From assembly GCA_048270185.1 (NCBI GenBank), contig JBLWTJ010000001.1:544001-608000 (forward strand): a DNA stretch of 64,000 bases. The letters run 5' to 3'. This stretch comes from Bacteriovoracaceae bacterium. GTDB taxonomy: Bacteria > Bdellovibrionota > Bacteriovoracia > Bacteriovoracales > Bacteriovoracaceae. The stretch's first letter is position 1; each line of letters opens with the position of its first letter. The notes beneath the pieces are model-generated. The model saw nothing but the letters and a program-made list of their open reading frames with translations, was not told the DNA's origin and made no database searches. The translations under genes were made by a program, and so were the position numbers. This document shows positions 1 to 9,699 of this stretch, in pieces.

Positions 1-829
1 GAGAATAATAAAGCTTCATATTCCCTGTCTTAGCTTCCTTATCAAGATTTTGCGTATCATAACCAAGCATCAAAAGTTCAACATAAGAGGCTACATTGAT
101 ATCTTTTTCTACACTTAAGTTTTTGGCATAATCAAAAGAGCCTAGAAAACCAATTTCACCAAAATCAAAAAAGACCACGCGAACTGTCTTTTTTAAATCG
201 AGTTCAGATAAAATATCAATTAGGGCAAGAGCGGCCGTTACACCAGAAGCATTATTATCTGCACCAGGTTGGTTGCCACCGTGAACCATTTTTAAATTCT
301 TCTTATCAAAAGCTGCCGTGTCATAGTGAGCACCAACGACAATAACTTCATTAGGCTTCTCAAGGCCTTTTTTTTCCCAAACAATATTATATCCATTAAT
401 AAGTTTTAATGTATCGATATGAGCAATACGCTCTTTTGTAAATCGATCCCACTTTTTAAACTGTTGAGCGGAGAGAGTTGCGCGACTACCATTTAGATCA
501 TCTTGAAACATTTTCTTTGCACCATCTAAATCAGGCACGAATTTAACCTTGACCATATTTGTATCTTTGGCCCTTGTTTGAGTCTTAATGTAATTTTGTA
601 TAAATTCTTGTGCCTTTAGATTACCTGCACTACCGACATAACGGTTAGGCCTAGTTTCTTTAACAAAATTATTAATTAATTTTTGGAGATCATCTTGACG
701 ATACTTATTAACTGAATAAAAAAGTTTTCTAAGTCTTTCTGGTGATCTTTGATTTTTTGCTAATTTAAATTCACGGCCAAATGATTGACTCGCACATAGA
801 ACAATTAAAATAGATAAGATATAATTCAT
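1..829 (-). CDS. M28 family metallopeptidase, secreted (runs off the window start)
   Basis: Not in the ORF track. Manual minus-strand translation from the ATG at 829 gives a signal-like N-terminus (MNYILSILIVLCASQS) and the M28 motifs VVGAHYDT, PGADNNASG and FFDFGEIGFLGS. Confidence 0.85.
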   Translation of the reverse strand, partial: MNYILSILIVLCASQSFGREFKLAKNQRSPERLRKLFYSVNKYRQDDLQKLINNFVKETRPNRYVGSAGNLKAQEFIQNYIKTQTRAKDTNMVKVKFVPDLDGAKKMFQDDLNGSRATLSAQQFKKWDRFTKERIAHIDTLKLINGYNIVWEKKGLEKPNEVIVVGAHYDTAAFDKKNLKMVHGGNQPGADNNASGVTAALALIDILSELDLKKTVRVVFFDFGEIGFLGSFDYAKNLSVEKDINVASYVELLMLGYDTQNLDKEAKTGNMKLYYS

Positions 830-2191
830 TTAAAAACCTAATTCTCTTTTTTTCGCTTTAGTTTGATTTTCCTCTAGAAGCTCTTTTTCTTTTTTCTTAA
901 GTGGCAAATGATAGAATTCACCATCAACAAATGATCCACTTCTAAAGACTTTTCCATGTCCGATCACTTTAGAGCCAGGGGCATGTTTAGAGTAAAAGAC
1001 AACGCTATCACCTCTAAAGACGATCCCTTGGGCCTTATCATCTAAATCAAAATAAACATTTTCATTATTTAATAGGTAGAGAACACCTTTATAAACTTCT
1101 CTTGTTGAAACAACTTGAGCATAACACTCAAGAGGCTTAGAACTATCGACAACATTAAAATTAACAAAGTGATGTGCAACAATTCGTTCAAAGCTTAGCT
1201 CTTTAGACTTAACGACATAGATTAATCCACGAGACATATGAATAGAAACAATTTTACTATCCGCAAGCTTTGGCTTTGCGTCTTTTAACTTATATTGAGT
1301 TTGTCCTAAGTGATAAATATGATGGCCATCGTGCTGACCTAATTCGCTATCGTCGTAGTACCCGTAGACATAACCTTCTTTAATAAATTTTGAAGAAATA
1401 TAGTGAGGAACAAATGAGGCAAGCTCTTCGACTTCATAAAATTTTGCACGTGCATTCTGGCGTTCTTTTAAAATTGCTCTCCCAACCGTTTTAGAGTCAA
1501 CAAGTGTTCCAATTTTATCAACTTCTGAACTTTTAAGATCAGCTAGAGGCAGTATTAATTTTGACAGAATATCCTGATCTAACTGAGACAATAAATGACA
1601 ATCATTCTTATCGAGATCATTTGAAGCATTAAGGCCATAATGACCGTGTGTCATTGATACTTTACAATAGTGTCCTGTAGCAATACGCTCGGCCTTTAAA
1701 GCAGCAAGCTTTGAGTCTAGAATTTGAAAAATTAATGTTGCACGCTCAATACTTGGATTGCACCAAATACCACCAATACGTGACTCAACTAACTTAGTCA
1801 CAACACTTTCTTCAAATAAATTACTTGCGTTGGTCACATAGAAAGGAATTCCAATAAGCCTGCAGATGTCACGGATCTTTTCCTCTGATTCACTGGCCCA
1901 AGGTTTGAATACTTCATGGTATTTTTTAAGCCAAAGAATACGCTGATATTGTTTGAATTCTTCAATGGCCTCTTCATCTTCAACAAATTTGTCGGCCAAT
2001 TGACCATCTGGACCAAGCTTTGCTTTAAATAGAGAGATGAAGCTTTCATCATCACTTGTTATCTTATCAAAGAAAGAAATATTAACGCCAATACAGTCAT
2101 GGCCCTGCTTCTTAAGCAGCAATGCAGTAACAGCTGAGTCAATACCGCCGTCCATTCCAATAATTACTCGTTCTTTCTTGATTTTTTGCAT
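830..2191 (-). CDS. MnmA-like (tRNA 2-thiouridylase fold) protein with degenerate active site
   Basis: GMDGGIDSAVTALLLK, IATGHY and LPLADLK follow the MnmA layout, but the catalytic Cys motifs are not recognisable. Confidence 0.8.
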   Translation of the reverse strand: MQKIKKERVIIGMDGGIDSAVTALLLKKQGHDCIGVNISFFDKITSDDESFISLFKAKLGPDGQLADKFVEDEEAIEEFKQYQRILWLKKYHEVFKPWASESEEKIRDICRLIGIPFYVTNASNLFEESVVTKLVESRIGGIWCNPSIERATLIFQILDSKLAALKAERIATGHYCKVSMTHGHYGLNASNDLDKNDCHLLSQLDQDILSKLILPLADLKSSEVDKIGTLVDSKTVGRAILKERQNARAKFYEVEELASFVPHYISSKFIKEGYVYGYYDDSELGQHDGHHIYHLGQTQYKLKDAKPKLADSKIVSIHMSRGLIYVVKSKELSFERIVAHHFVNFNVVDSSKPLECYAQVVSTREVYKGVLYLLNNENVYFDLDDKAQGIVFRGDSVVFYSKHAPGSKVIGHGKVFRSGSFVDGEFYHLPLKKKEKELLEENQTKAKKRELGF

Positions 2192-2350
2192 ACTTACATT
2201 ATAGGTGATTTTAAAAATTTAGGTATGTAAAAACAAAATTCTTCCCCTCTTTGCCACACTAAAAAGCTCATATATTCATTGACATAACTCAACGCAAAAT
2301 CCGATAATAAATACTTAGAAAATGCAACACACAAGGACGATTCAAGATTT

Positions 2351-3541
2351 ATGAAAGCAGGGAACGCAAAGAAATCTAAAAAAGTAAAAAGCTCTAATGC
2401 CAAGTTAAAATTTATTGATATCTTCTCAGGGGCCGGTGGCTTCTCATGTGGGCTTGAATTGGCAGGCCTTGAGTGTGTCATGGGAATTGATTTTAATAAG
2501 CATGCAATGGATACATTTGCGCTAAACCACAAGAGCGCCTATCCATATTGTGGAGATATCTCGAAACTAACAAATAAGAAAATCATGGAAGTATTGGGTG
2601 ATACAAAAGTAAACCTAGTTGTTGGAGGCCCTCCTTGCCAAGGTTTCTCAACTGTGGGCCCAGGTAATCCAGATGATATTCGCAATAAATTATTTCTTGA
2701 ATTCGTACGTGTAGTTAAATTAACTCAACCTGAATTCATTGTTATTGAAAATGTAACAGGAATTCTTGCAAAGAAGAACGAACTAACTCTAAAAGCAATT
2801 TTTAAACGCTTTAATAGTCTTGGCTATAATCTCGACGTAAGAGTTCTTAGTTCACAAAATTACGGAGTACCAGAAAAGAGACGTCGTACAATTTTCATTG
2901 GGACAAAAGTAAATGAAAAAGTTGAGTTCCCAAAGATTACACATGACACAATTATAGCAAAAACACACAGACCTCCAGTAACAGTAGGAGAGGCCTTAAG
3001 TGATCTTGCAACTAAATCTGGTGAAATTTACAATCACGATATTGATAGTGCGAAAATTAAATCAAAGATTGATCTAAAAAGAATCAAGAGAATTCCTGAA
3101 GGAAAAGGCATTCGCTACGAAAAAGATGAAAAGATGTATTTAACTCCATCACTTAAGCTTGGTGTCGATTGGGCCACAATAAGAGAAGGACGTTTTAGAC
3201 AAACTAAATATCAAAGACTAGATTCACAAAGCGTATCACCAACAATTATGACTCATCGTCATAGCTACTATCATCCAACAGAGCATCGCTACTTAACTCA
3301 AAGAGAAGCAGCAAAAATACAAAGTTTTCCAAATGACTTTATTTTCAGTGGACCACTTTCTGCTCAATGGAGACAAATTGGAAATGCTGTTCCGCCATTA
3401 ATGGGGAAGGCCATTGGTAGTGCTATTAAGAAAATGTATAAAGCTCACCTCAAAACTCAACATGATGGGACTGTAAAAAAGAAAACAAAAGTTAAGTCAA
3501 TCATCAATGATGTAAGAGGAGGAGCATTTGTTTACCGCTAG
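2351..3541 (+). CDS. DNA (cytosine-5) methyltransferase, orphan
   Basis: Motifs FSGAGG (I), GGPPCQGFS (IV), ENV (VI), YGVPEKRRR (VIII), REAAKIQSFP (IX) and QIGNAVPP (X). Confidence 0.95.
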   Translation: MKAGNAKKSKKVKSSNAKLKFIDIFSGAGGFSCGLELAGLECVMGIDFNKHAMDTFALNHKSAYPYCGDISKLTNKKIMEVLGDTKVNLVVGGPPCQGFSTVGPGNPDDIRNKLFLEFVRVVKLTQPEFIVIENVTGILAKKNELTLKAIFKRFNSLGYNLDVRVLSSQNYGVPEKRRRTIFIGTKVNEKVEFPKITHDTIIAKTHRPPVTVGEALSDLATKSGEIYNHDIDSAKIKSKIDLKRIKRIPEGKGIRYEKDEKMYLTPSLKLGVDWATIREGRFRQTKYQRLDSQSVSPTIMTHRHSYYHPTEHRYLTQREAAKIQSFPNDFIFSGPLSAQWRQIGNAVPPLMGKAIGSAIKKMYKAHLKTQHDGTVKKKTKVKSIINDVRGGAFVYR

Positions 3542-4568
3542 AAATTTTAAAATATTCTTCTTATTTTCAATTCTTGTTTTTATTGCTTCGTGCTCGACAA
3601 CTCAAACACAAATAAGTGAAAGTTCAAATTGTCATTCAAAAAGAGCGGCCATTGACCTGGGTTCAGGATCAACTAAGCTTGTAATTGGTCTCGTTAATAC
3701 TTGTGAAAATATTGTGGAAGGAATTCTCTTTGAAGCACAAAGAGCTCTCGCACTAAAAGATCAACTTCAAAAATCAAAAGATAATAAATTTAACAAAGCG
3801 ACTATCAACAAACTTACTTCTATCTTTGAAGAATTCAAATATCTCGCACAAAACGAAGGGATAACTGAAGTAAAGGCCGTTGCAACGTCGGCCTTCAGAA
3901 CTGCAAAGAATGGGAAAGAAGCTGCAAAAAGTGTTTTTGATCACACGGGAGTTCAAATTCAAATTATCTCTCAGCAGCAAGAAGCTAAGTTTGCTTACTC
4001 TGCGGCCCTATCAAAATTAAAGAAAGATGGAAACAAGAGTACATCCCCTATCGCTGTGTGGGACATCGGTGGCGGAAGCATGCAAATTACAAAACCACTA
4101 ACAAGTGGTGAAAAGAAAGTTGCACTTCTAAAAATAGCATCTGTTACTTTTAAGAATATGGTGTTGAAAGAATTCTATCCAGAGAGTGCCATCACTCCAA
4201 ATCCGATGACAGAAGAAAGAGCACTAAAGGCGATGGATCTGGCACGAGTTACGGCCAAAGAGCAATTAAATGATTTTGGAACTCTAAAAGGCTACAGTGT
4301 TGTAGGTGTCGGCGGAGTTCACTACTTTAGCCTTGGCTCACAATTTAAAGAGTCGAATCGAGTTTATAACCAAAGTACTTTATTAAATACTTTATTAAAA
4401 AGAAGTAAGTTAAACGACCAAGAAATTGGTGGAAAGTACTCTCAAACAGATATTACAAATATTGCTCTTGTCCTTGGCTTTATGCAAACTCTTAAAGTTG
4501 ACGAAGTTAGGCCACTTAAAATTAATATGGCCCACGGGCTACTTGTTGAACCAAGCTTCTGGAACTAG
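3528..4568 (+). CDS. Ppx/GppA-family phosphatase with lipoprotein-like signal peptide
   Basis: AAIDLGSGSTKL, ATSAFR, QIISQQQEA and WDIGGGSMQ motifs; hydrophobic N-terminus ending FIAS-C. Confidence 0.85.
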   Translation: MFTARNFKIFFLFSILVFIASCSTTQTQISESSNCHSKRAAIDLGSGSTKLVIGLVNTCENIVEGILFEAQRALALKDQLQKSKDNKFNKATINKLTSIFEEFKYLAQNEGITEVKAVATSAFRTAKNGKEAAKSVFDHTGVQIQIISQQQEAKFAYSAALSKLKKDGNKSTSPIAVWDIGGGSMQITKPLTSGEKKVALLKIASVTFKNMVLKEFYPESAITPNPMTEERALKAMDLARVTAKEQLNDFGTLKGYSVVGVGGVHYFSLGSQFKESNRVYNQSTLLNTLLKRSKLNDQEIGGKYSQTDITNIALVLGFMQTLKVDEVRPLKINMAHGLLVEPSFWN

Positions 4569-4573
4569 TTTAA

Positions 4574-6385
4574 CTAGTGAGAAGCTTGGCTTAGATTATA
4601 GAAAATACCTTTCGACTTCATTAAATTATCAGGCGTATCAAACTCAACTAGCTTTGCATCTTTAAAGACTAAGATTCTGTCACATTCTTTAATCGTATCA
4701 AGTCTGTGAGCGATAAAGAATGAAGTCTTGCCGTCCATTACATTATGAATTCCTTCATGAAGAATCATTTCAAAATATGGATCAACATGGGCCGTTGCCT
4801 CATCTAGGATGAGAATATGAGGATTTTGCAAGCATACACGCGTGAGAGAAATAACCTGCTTCTCCCCTGCTGATAAATTTGACCCACCGTCTTTGAGAAC
4901 ACTATCCAGAGTAAGTTTAGAATAATTCATCACCTTACTCATCCCAGTCTTATCGCAAATAGATAGAATATCCTTGTCTGTTAAATCAGGATTCACTGAA
5001 AGATTCTCTCTAAGGGTTCCATCAAAGATAATAACGTCTTGTGATACAATTCCAATCTGATCACGATAATGATCGATATCAAGCTCTTTAAGATTTTGCC
5101 CATCAATTAAGACATCACCTTTTTGATAGTCATAGAGGCGTGATAAAACAGCTACGGCCGTGGTCTTTCCCGATCCAGTCGGACCGACAATACCAATCTT
5201 TTCCCCTTTATTGATCTTAAAAGAGACATCTTTTAGTGCAGTCGATATTTCATTGTAACCCATTGTCACATTTTTAAATTCAATCTCACCATTAATCTTA
5301 TGGCGTCTCTCATCTCGCTGATCAAAGACTTCCTTCTCTGTTTCAACTTCGATAAAATTTGCGACACGATTAACACTAGTAAAGGCCGTAATGATATTGG
5401 ACATCTCTCTAAAAAGAGACAGTACTGGCCAGAAGAATTTTTCACAATAGCGAAGAAGAGCAATGAAGAGAGCAAGCGATAGAGCGCCATCAAGATAGGC
5501 ATTACCTCCAAGCCATACAAGAATAAGTAGAGGCAGACCACATAGAAAAGATAGCATTGGCATCGTCAGCGCATAGAAGGTATTGGCACTTAATTGCACA
5601 ACTTGTTGCTCATTGACGGCCGACTTGAAATTATCATAAGACCAATCTTCAACACCAAAAGAGCGAATGACATGAATACCATCGATATACTCTGATAATT
5701 TTGAATTGATATTAGAAGAGTACTTACTAATGGCCCTATTAAGGGAGCCTATTTTATTTCGAGTAACTAGTAAGAAGATAATTGCAGGGATTAATCCTGA
5801 AATAACCATCAGACCAATCTTAACGTCGGTCAAAATCATTGCCGTGGCCGATGAGATAATCATTAAGACTGAAATGGCAAGACGTCCAAGAGAGCTAGTA
5901 AAGAACTTCTCTATCCCTTCTACATCGTGAGTCATACGTGTCACGATTCGGCCCTGAGGCCATGAATCAAAGAACTTTAAAGGTAAGTGAGAAAGCTTTT
6001 GAAAGAGGCGATCTCTAACATTTAAAATCACAAAGCTTGTTTGAACGATTAATAATCGACGGCCAATATAGTGAATGGCAACCCCACCAACCTCGAGGGC
6101 AAGTACATAGATGGCCCATTTCTTTGACAAGGCCCAATCAGACTTTGCAAGTCCTTCACCAACAAGCACACCAAGAGCATGTCCTGATAACATTGAAAGA
6201 ATAGTAAAAGCAATAAGCATCAAAATTGCAAAAGCAATTTGTACTCGATGGCCTTTTGCAAACTTATATAAGAAGAGCGTCGTCTTTAAGGCCGAGTGTC
6301 CCTGTGCCTTATGCTTTGATTCTTCCTGGTCATCCTGTGCAAGGAATTGCTTTGCATTACTCACTCTTATCCCCCGCACGATCAA
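4574..6385 (-). CDS. ABC exporter permease/ATPase, subunit B of a heterodimer (true start may be GTG at 6364)
   Basis: TM domain, Walker A GPTGSGKT, degenerate signature LSAGE, ILDEAT and IAHRL. Confidence 0.92.
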   Translation of the reverse strand: MIVRGIRVSNAKQFLAQDDQEESKHKAQGHSALKTTLFLYKFAKGHRVQIAFAILMLIAFTILSMLSGHALGVLVGEGLAKSDWALSKKWAIYVLALEVGGVAIHYIGRRLLIVQTSFVILNVRDRLFQKLSHLPLKFFDSWPQGRIVTRMTHDVEGIEKFFTSSLGRLAISVLMIISSATAMILTDVKIGLMVISGLIPAIIFLLVTRNKIGSLNRAISKYSSNINSKLSEYIDGIHVIRSFGVEDWSYDNFKSAVNEQQVVQLSANTFYALTMPMLSFLCGLPLLILVWLGGNAYLDGALSLALFIALLRYCEKFFWPVLSLFREMSNIITAFTSVNRVANFIEVETEKEVFDQRDERRHKINGEIEFKNVTMGYNEISTALKDVSFKINKGEKIGIVGPTGSGKTTAVAVLSRLYDYQKGDVLIDGQNLKELDIDHYRDQIGIVSQDVIIFDGTLRENLSVNPDLTDKDILSICDKTGMSKVMNYSKLTLDSVLKDGGSNLSAGEKQVISLTRVCLQNPHILILDEATAHVDPYFEMILHEGIHNVMDGKTSFFIAHRLDTIKECDRILVFKDAKLVEFDTPDNLMKSKGIFYNLSQASH

Positions 6386-8057
6386 GATTGATTACCTTCT
6401 CACAATACTTAAGAGTTGACTCACGGTGAGCAACCCAAACCATTGTTGATTCAGGTAGAAACTTATTAATATTTGAAAGAATTGACTCTTCAGTAACTGT
6501 ATCAACGGCCGAAAGACAATCATCAAGAAGTAAGATCTTAGGCTTTCTTACGAGAGCACGAGCAAGTGTTAATCTTTGCTTTTGACCACCAGAGAGATTC
6601 ACTCCCCACTCTCCAAGTTGTGTATCTAGCCCATCATCAAAGCCTTCAACATCACCTTTAAGTCCAGCGATCTCTAGTACTTCCCATAATGTCTCATCAT
6701 CAAAATCTTGATCCATTAATATATTGTTTCGAATCGAATCCGCAAATAGAAAGGATTTTTGATGTACCATCGTAATATGAGAACGTAAGAATTTATGACT
6801 GTATTCTCCAAAATCTCGACCAAAGAACTTCACTTCACCTCTAAAGTCTCTCTCTAAACCACTTAGAATATTTAGGAGTGTCGTCTTGCCTGTTCCGATC
6901 TGACCAATAATCCCAATACGCATTCCGCGATTAATATCGAGGTTAATATCATTTAAAATATCGACACCTTCCTCGTAACGAAAACGCAGATTTTTAATTG
7001 AAAAAATACTATTACCTATTAATTCATGGTCTTCATGCTTTGAAATTAAATACTCTTCTTTCATGTGAGTATAAATTTCAGCGAGGCGTCTTAATGAAGT
7101 AAATGACTTACGCCAGTCCGAGATGATATAGCCAAGCTCCATTAATGGATCTTGTAATAAAAGAACAAGTCCTTGAATCGCCACAAATTCTCCAACAGTG
7201 ATATCACCATTCATAAGAATACTAAAACCATATGTGAAGAGAATGAGATAGGTAGCAACAGATGCCATTCCGGAGGAAGGAATATAGAGCATCGAGGTAT
7301 TATTAGCATCTAATCTCATCTTGCGATACTTCTGAGCACCAGCAAAGAGACGCTTGTACCAGAAGAAGGCCGTATTCCCTAGTTTCTGAAGCCTAACAGT
7401 TGAGATGGCCTTTGAAGTCTCATCATTAAAATATGATAAGTAGTCTTGGGCCACATCATAGCGCTCCATCTCAATTGTTGAAATATAGCGAACAAGAACG
7501 GGAACAATTAGAAGTGCTAGTGTTGAGATAATTGTAATCTTCACATTGATCATGAAAAGTGAAATCAGAGTAAAGAGTCCTAAGAAGAGAACGTCAGCTG
7601 CACCAACGAGGGTGAAACCAAAGACAAAGCGCCCTTGCCCAACATCACTATTGGCCGCACTCATAAGAATACCCTTTGGATATTTATTAACAAGGGTATT
7701 AACAGAGAAGTACTGAGCATTTTGCCAAATATCATCTTTTAGAAAACCACCTGCGTGGTGAGTTTGACGTCCTAAGAATATACGCCAACCAACTCGTCCG
7801 AAATAGAGAAAAACTCTTGAGAGTAATACGGCCGAGAATATATAGAAGAATTTATGCTTCAAATCATCGCTAACAATGAAGTAATCGATTGTCCAAGAAG
7901 GCATGGTTTTATGGGTGAAGAAATCCACCACATCCCCCATGGCACGTGAGTAAAATACCTGACAAATATTGCACACTACTATTGAAACAATCCCTAAGAA
8001 GTAAGCTGATTTTTTGCGGCGTAAATAATTCAACCAAATTTTATAATGCATACTCAT
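6357..8057 (-). CDS. ABC exporter permease/ATPase, subunit A of a heterodimer (MdlA/YheI-like)
   Basis: Walker A GQIGTGKT, LSGGQKQR and degenerate Walker B LLLDDCLSAVD; overlaps its partner gene. Confidence 0.92.
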   Translation of the reverse strand: MSMHYKIWLNYLRRKKSAYFLGIVSIVVCNICQVFYSRAMGDVVDFFTHKTMPSWTIDYFIVSDDLKHKFFYIFSAVLLSRVFLYFGRVGWRIFLGRQTHHAGGFLKDDIWQNAQYFSVNTLVNKYPKGILMSAANSDVGQGRFVFGFTLVGAADVLFLGLFTLISLFMINVKITIISTLALLIVPVLVRYISTIEMERYDVAQDYLSYFNDETSKAISTVRLQKLGNTAFFWYKRLFAGAQKYRKMRLDANNTSMLYIPSSGMASVATYLILFTYGFSILMNGDITVGEFVAIQGLVLLLQDPLMELGYIISDWRKSFTSLRRLAEIYTHMKEEYLISKHEDHELIGNSIFSIKNLRFRYEEGVDILNDINLDINRGMRIGIIGQIGTGKTTLLNILSGLERDFRGEVKFFGRDFGEYSHKFLRSHITMVHQKSFLFADSIRNNILMDQDFDDETLWEVLEIAGLKGDVEGFDDGLDTQLGEWGVNLSGGQKQRLTLARALVRKPKILLLDDCLSAVDTVTEESILSNINKFLPESTMVWVAHRESTLKYCEKVINLDRAGDKSE

Positions 8058-8080
8058 TGCAAAGATTATATGATTTTATT

Positions 8081-8512
8081 ATGAGATTTCATATTTTTTT
8101 ATCATTAATATTATCGATCACTTCACCAATCTACGCCCTAGATGACTTTGACTCGGGCCCAGGAAACGCCAAAATATTTCGCATCACGGCACTTGAGGAA
8201 TATGTAAAGAAAATCAAAGACGAAATTGGAAAAGTTGAAGGCAATGTCGACAAGAAGTATATGAAGGAAATCGAGGCCATCAAAAAAGAAATTGTTGAAT
8301 TAAAATCAAAAGAAGTAAATAACGATGGATTGGCCGTCTTAGAAAAGAGAATCGATAACCTCGAACTTAAGCATGCTGATGAGATGAAGAAGATGGAAGC
8401 TGAACTTCGTAACTTCAAGCAGAGTATTGATCAGTCACTTCTGGATTTATCTAATAAGATTCTGCAAAGAATTCAGATTTTTGAAAAGTATCTACAAAAG
8501 CCAGCTCCTTAA
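8081..8512 (+). CDS. Hypothetical secreted coiled-coil protein
   Basis: The ATG at 8081 gives a signal peptide (MRFHIFLSLILSITSPIYA) followed by heptad-rich sequence; the longer track start overlaps the ABC gene. Confidence 0.7.
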   Translation: MRFHIFLSLILSITSPIYALDDFDSGPGNAKIFRITALEEYVKKIKDEIGKVEGNVDKKYMKEIEAIKKEIVELKSKEVNNDGLAVLEKRIDNLELKHADEMKKMEAELRNFKQSIDQSLLDLSNKILQRIQIFEKYLQKPAP

Positions 8513-9669
8513 TGTGAACAATAGTGGTATCCACTTTTGATTCCACCAAGCTTCTTAGCTATCGTTGGCTGCGTTAAGTAGATGGCCACAAGTCTCTTAT
8601 TATTTGGGACATAAGAAGAGCCCTTCACAAGTTCCTTATCAAGACATAGCTCACTTCTAAGGTTATCAGTAGCAATTCCAGAGATCGCCACTACTTCTGC
8701 ACTAAACCAATCAGCAAAGACTTCATCCAATTGATCTTTTTGTTTCCCAGGTAGTGGGTATAGGCTTCGATTACAAGTTGGATTATCACGTAAACTTTTT
8801 GCAACTTCCGGCTTTAAAATTTGATTCTTAACTAAGAAATCAAGTTGTGAATCATCTCTGGCCAGTGCCTGAACACTTGTTGAATTTCTTAAACACAGGT
8901 GTACATTGTGAAAAGGGTTCTTTCCTTTATAAGTTGAAGAAAAGCGACAACTATCAAAAGAGTGTGCAATCTCGTGGGCCATAAGACTGACAAGAGTTGC
9001 TTTATACTTGGGATCAGCGAAATTTAATCCTTCAAGACCAATGTTAATTTCATTAGCAGTTGGATCGTAGGCAAACCCCCATTCAAGGAAGTCACGAGGA
9101 GCTTTTTCAACTTTTGTTCCTAAGACCTTACTAGGAATAAAGATCTTAAGCTCGTCAACTTTCTTTTTAATCGCTGGATAATTTGCATCTTTTCCCATTT
9201 GTAGCTTTAGAACATCAAGAGCACTGGCCTTGGCCACATTAAAGCTTAACTCTAGAAGATGAACTTTCTCTTTTGTATAAACTTCTTTAAAAACAGCACT
9301 TAAGCGTTCATCGACATATTTCTTAATTTGAGATGGACGATCTTTAAGAGAGCCAGTAGAGAGAACAATATTGTCGATATAATAGAGTCTCCACTGCTTG
9401 GCCACATTAACAGGATCACTAACATCAAGCTTTCTTCTTTTAATCCAAGAAGTCACAACGGGACTTTTCTTTGCGATGAGACTTCCTAGTGCTTCATCAG
9501 CAACGGCCGCAATAGGCTTAGAATTTGCTAGGTCGACTTTAAATTTAGAAACTGCATTGGCAAGAGTTTCATCCTTGTTAAAATCAACCCCTCGGCAATA
9601 TGACTTTGCCACAGAGTTTGCGAAAATAGAAAATGAGATAAAGAATGTGATTAGATATTTCATTGTCAT
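8509..9669 (-). CDS. Secreted putative zinc metallopeptidase
   Basis: Signal peptide, HEIAH (HExxH) and a downstream EVFAD third-ligand-like motif. Confidence 0.65.
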   Translation of the reverse strand: MTMKYLITFFISFSIFANSVAKSYCRGVDFNKDETLANAVSKFKVDLANSKPIAAVADEALGSLIAKKSPVVTSWIKRRKLDVSDPVNVAKQWRLYYIDNIVLSTGSLKDRPSQIKKYVDERLSAVFKEVYTKEKVHLLELSFNVAKASALDVLKLQMGKDANYPAIKKKVDELKIFIPSKVLGTKVEKAPRDFLEWGFAYDPTANEINIGLEGLNFADPKYKATLVSLMAHEIAHSFDSCRFSSTYKGKNPFHNVHLCLRNSTSVQALARDDSQLDFLVKNQILKPEVAKSLRDNPTCNRSLYPLPGKQKDQLDEVFADWFSAEVVAISGIATDNLRSELCLDKELVKGSSYVPNNKRLVAIYLTQPTIAKKLGGIKSGYHYCSH

Positions 9670-9699
9670 ATTTTAAGTGACAATGAAATATCTTACAAA

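Noticed and set aside
2194..2532. Short track ORFs overlapping long genes (this one, plus e.g. 1834-2055, 8131-8418, 21631-21900, 31548-31898, 52929-53243, 59824-60135)
   Set aside because: They are antisense or alternate-frame shadows of well-supported CDS, with no recognisable motifs.
4574..8057. Degenerate ABC motifs (LLLDD, LSAGE) as signs of pseudogenes
   Set aside because: This is the normal asymmetry of heterodimeric exporters with one degenerate ATP site.
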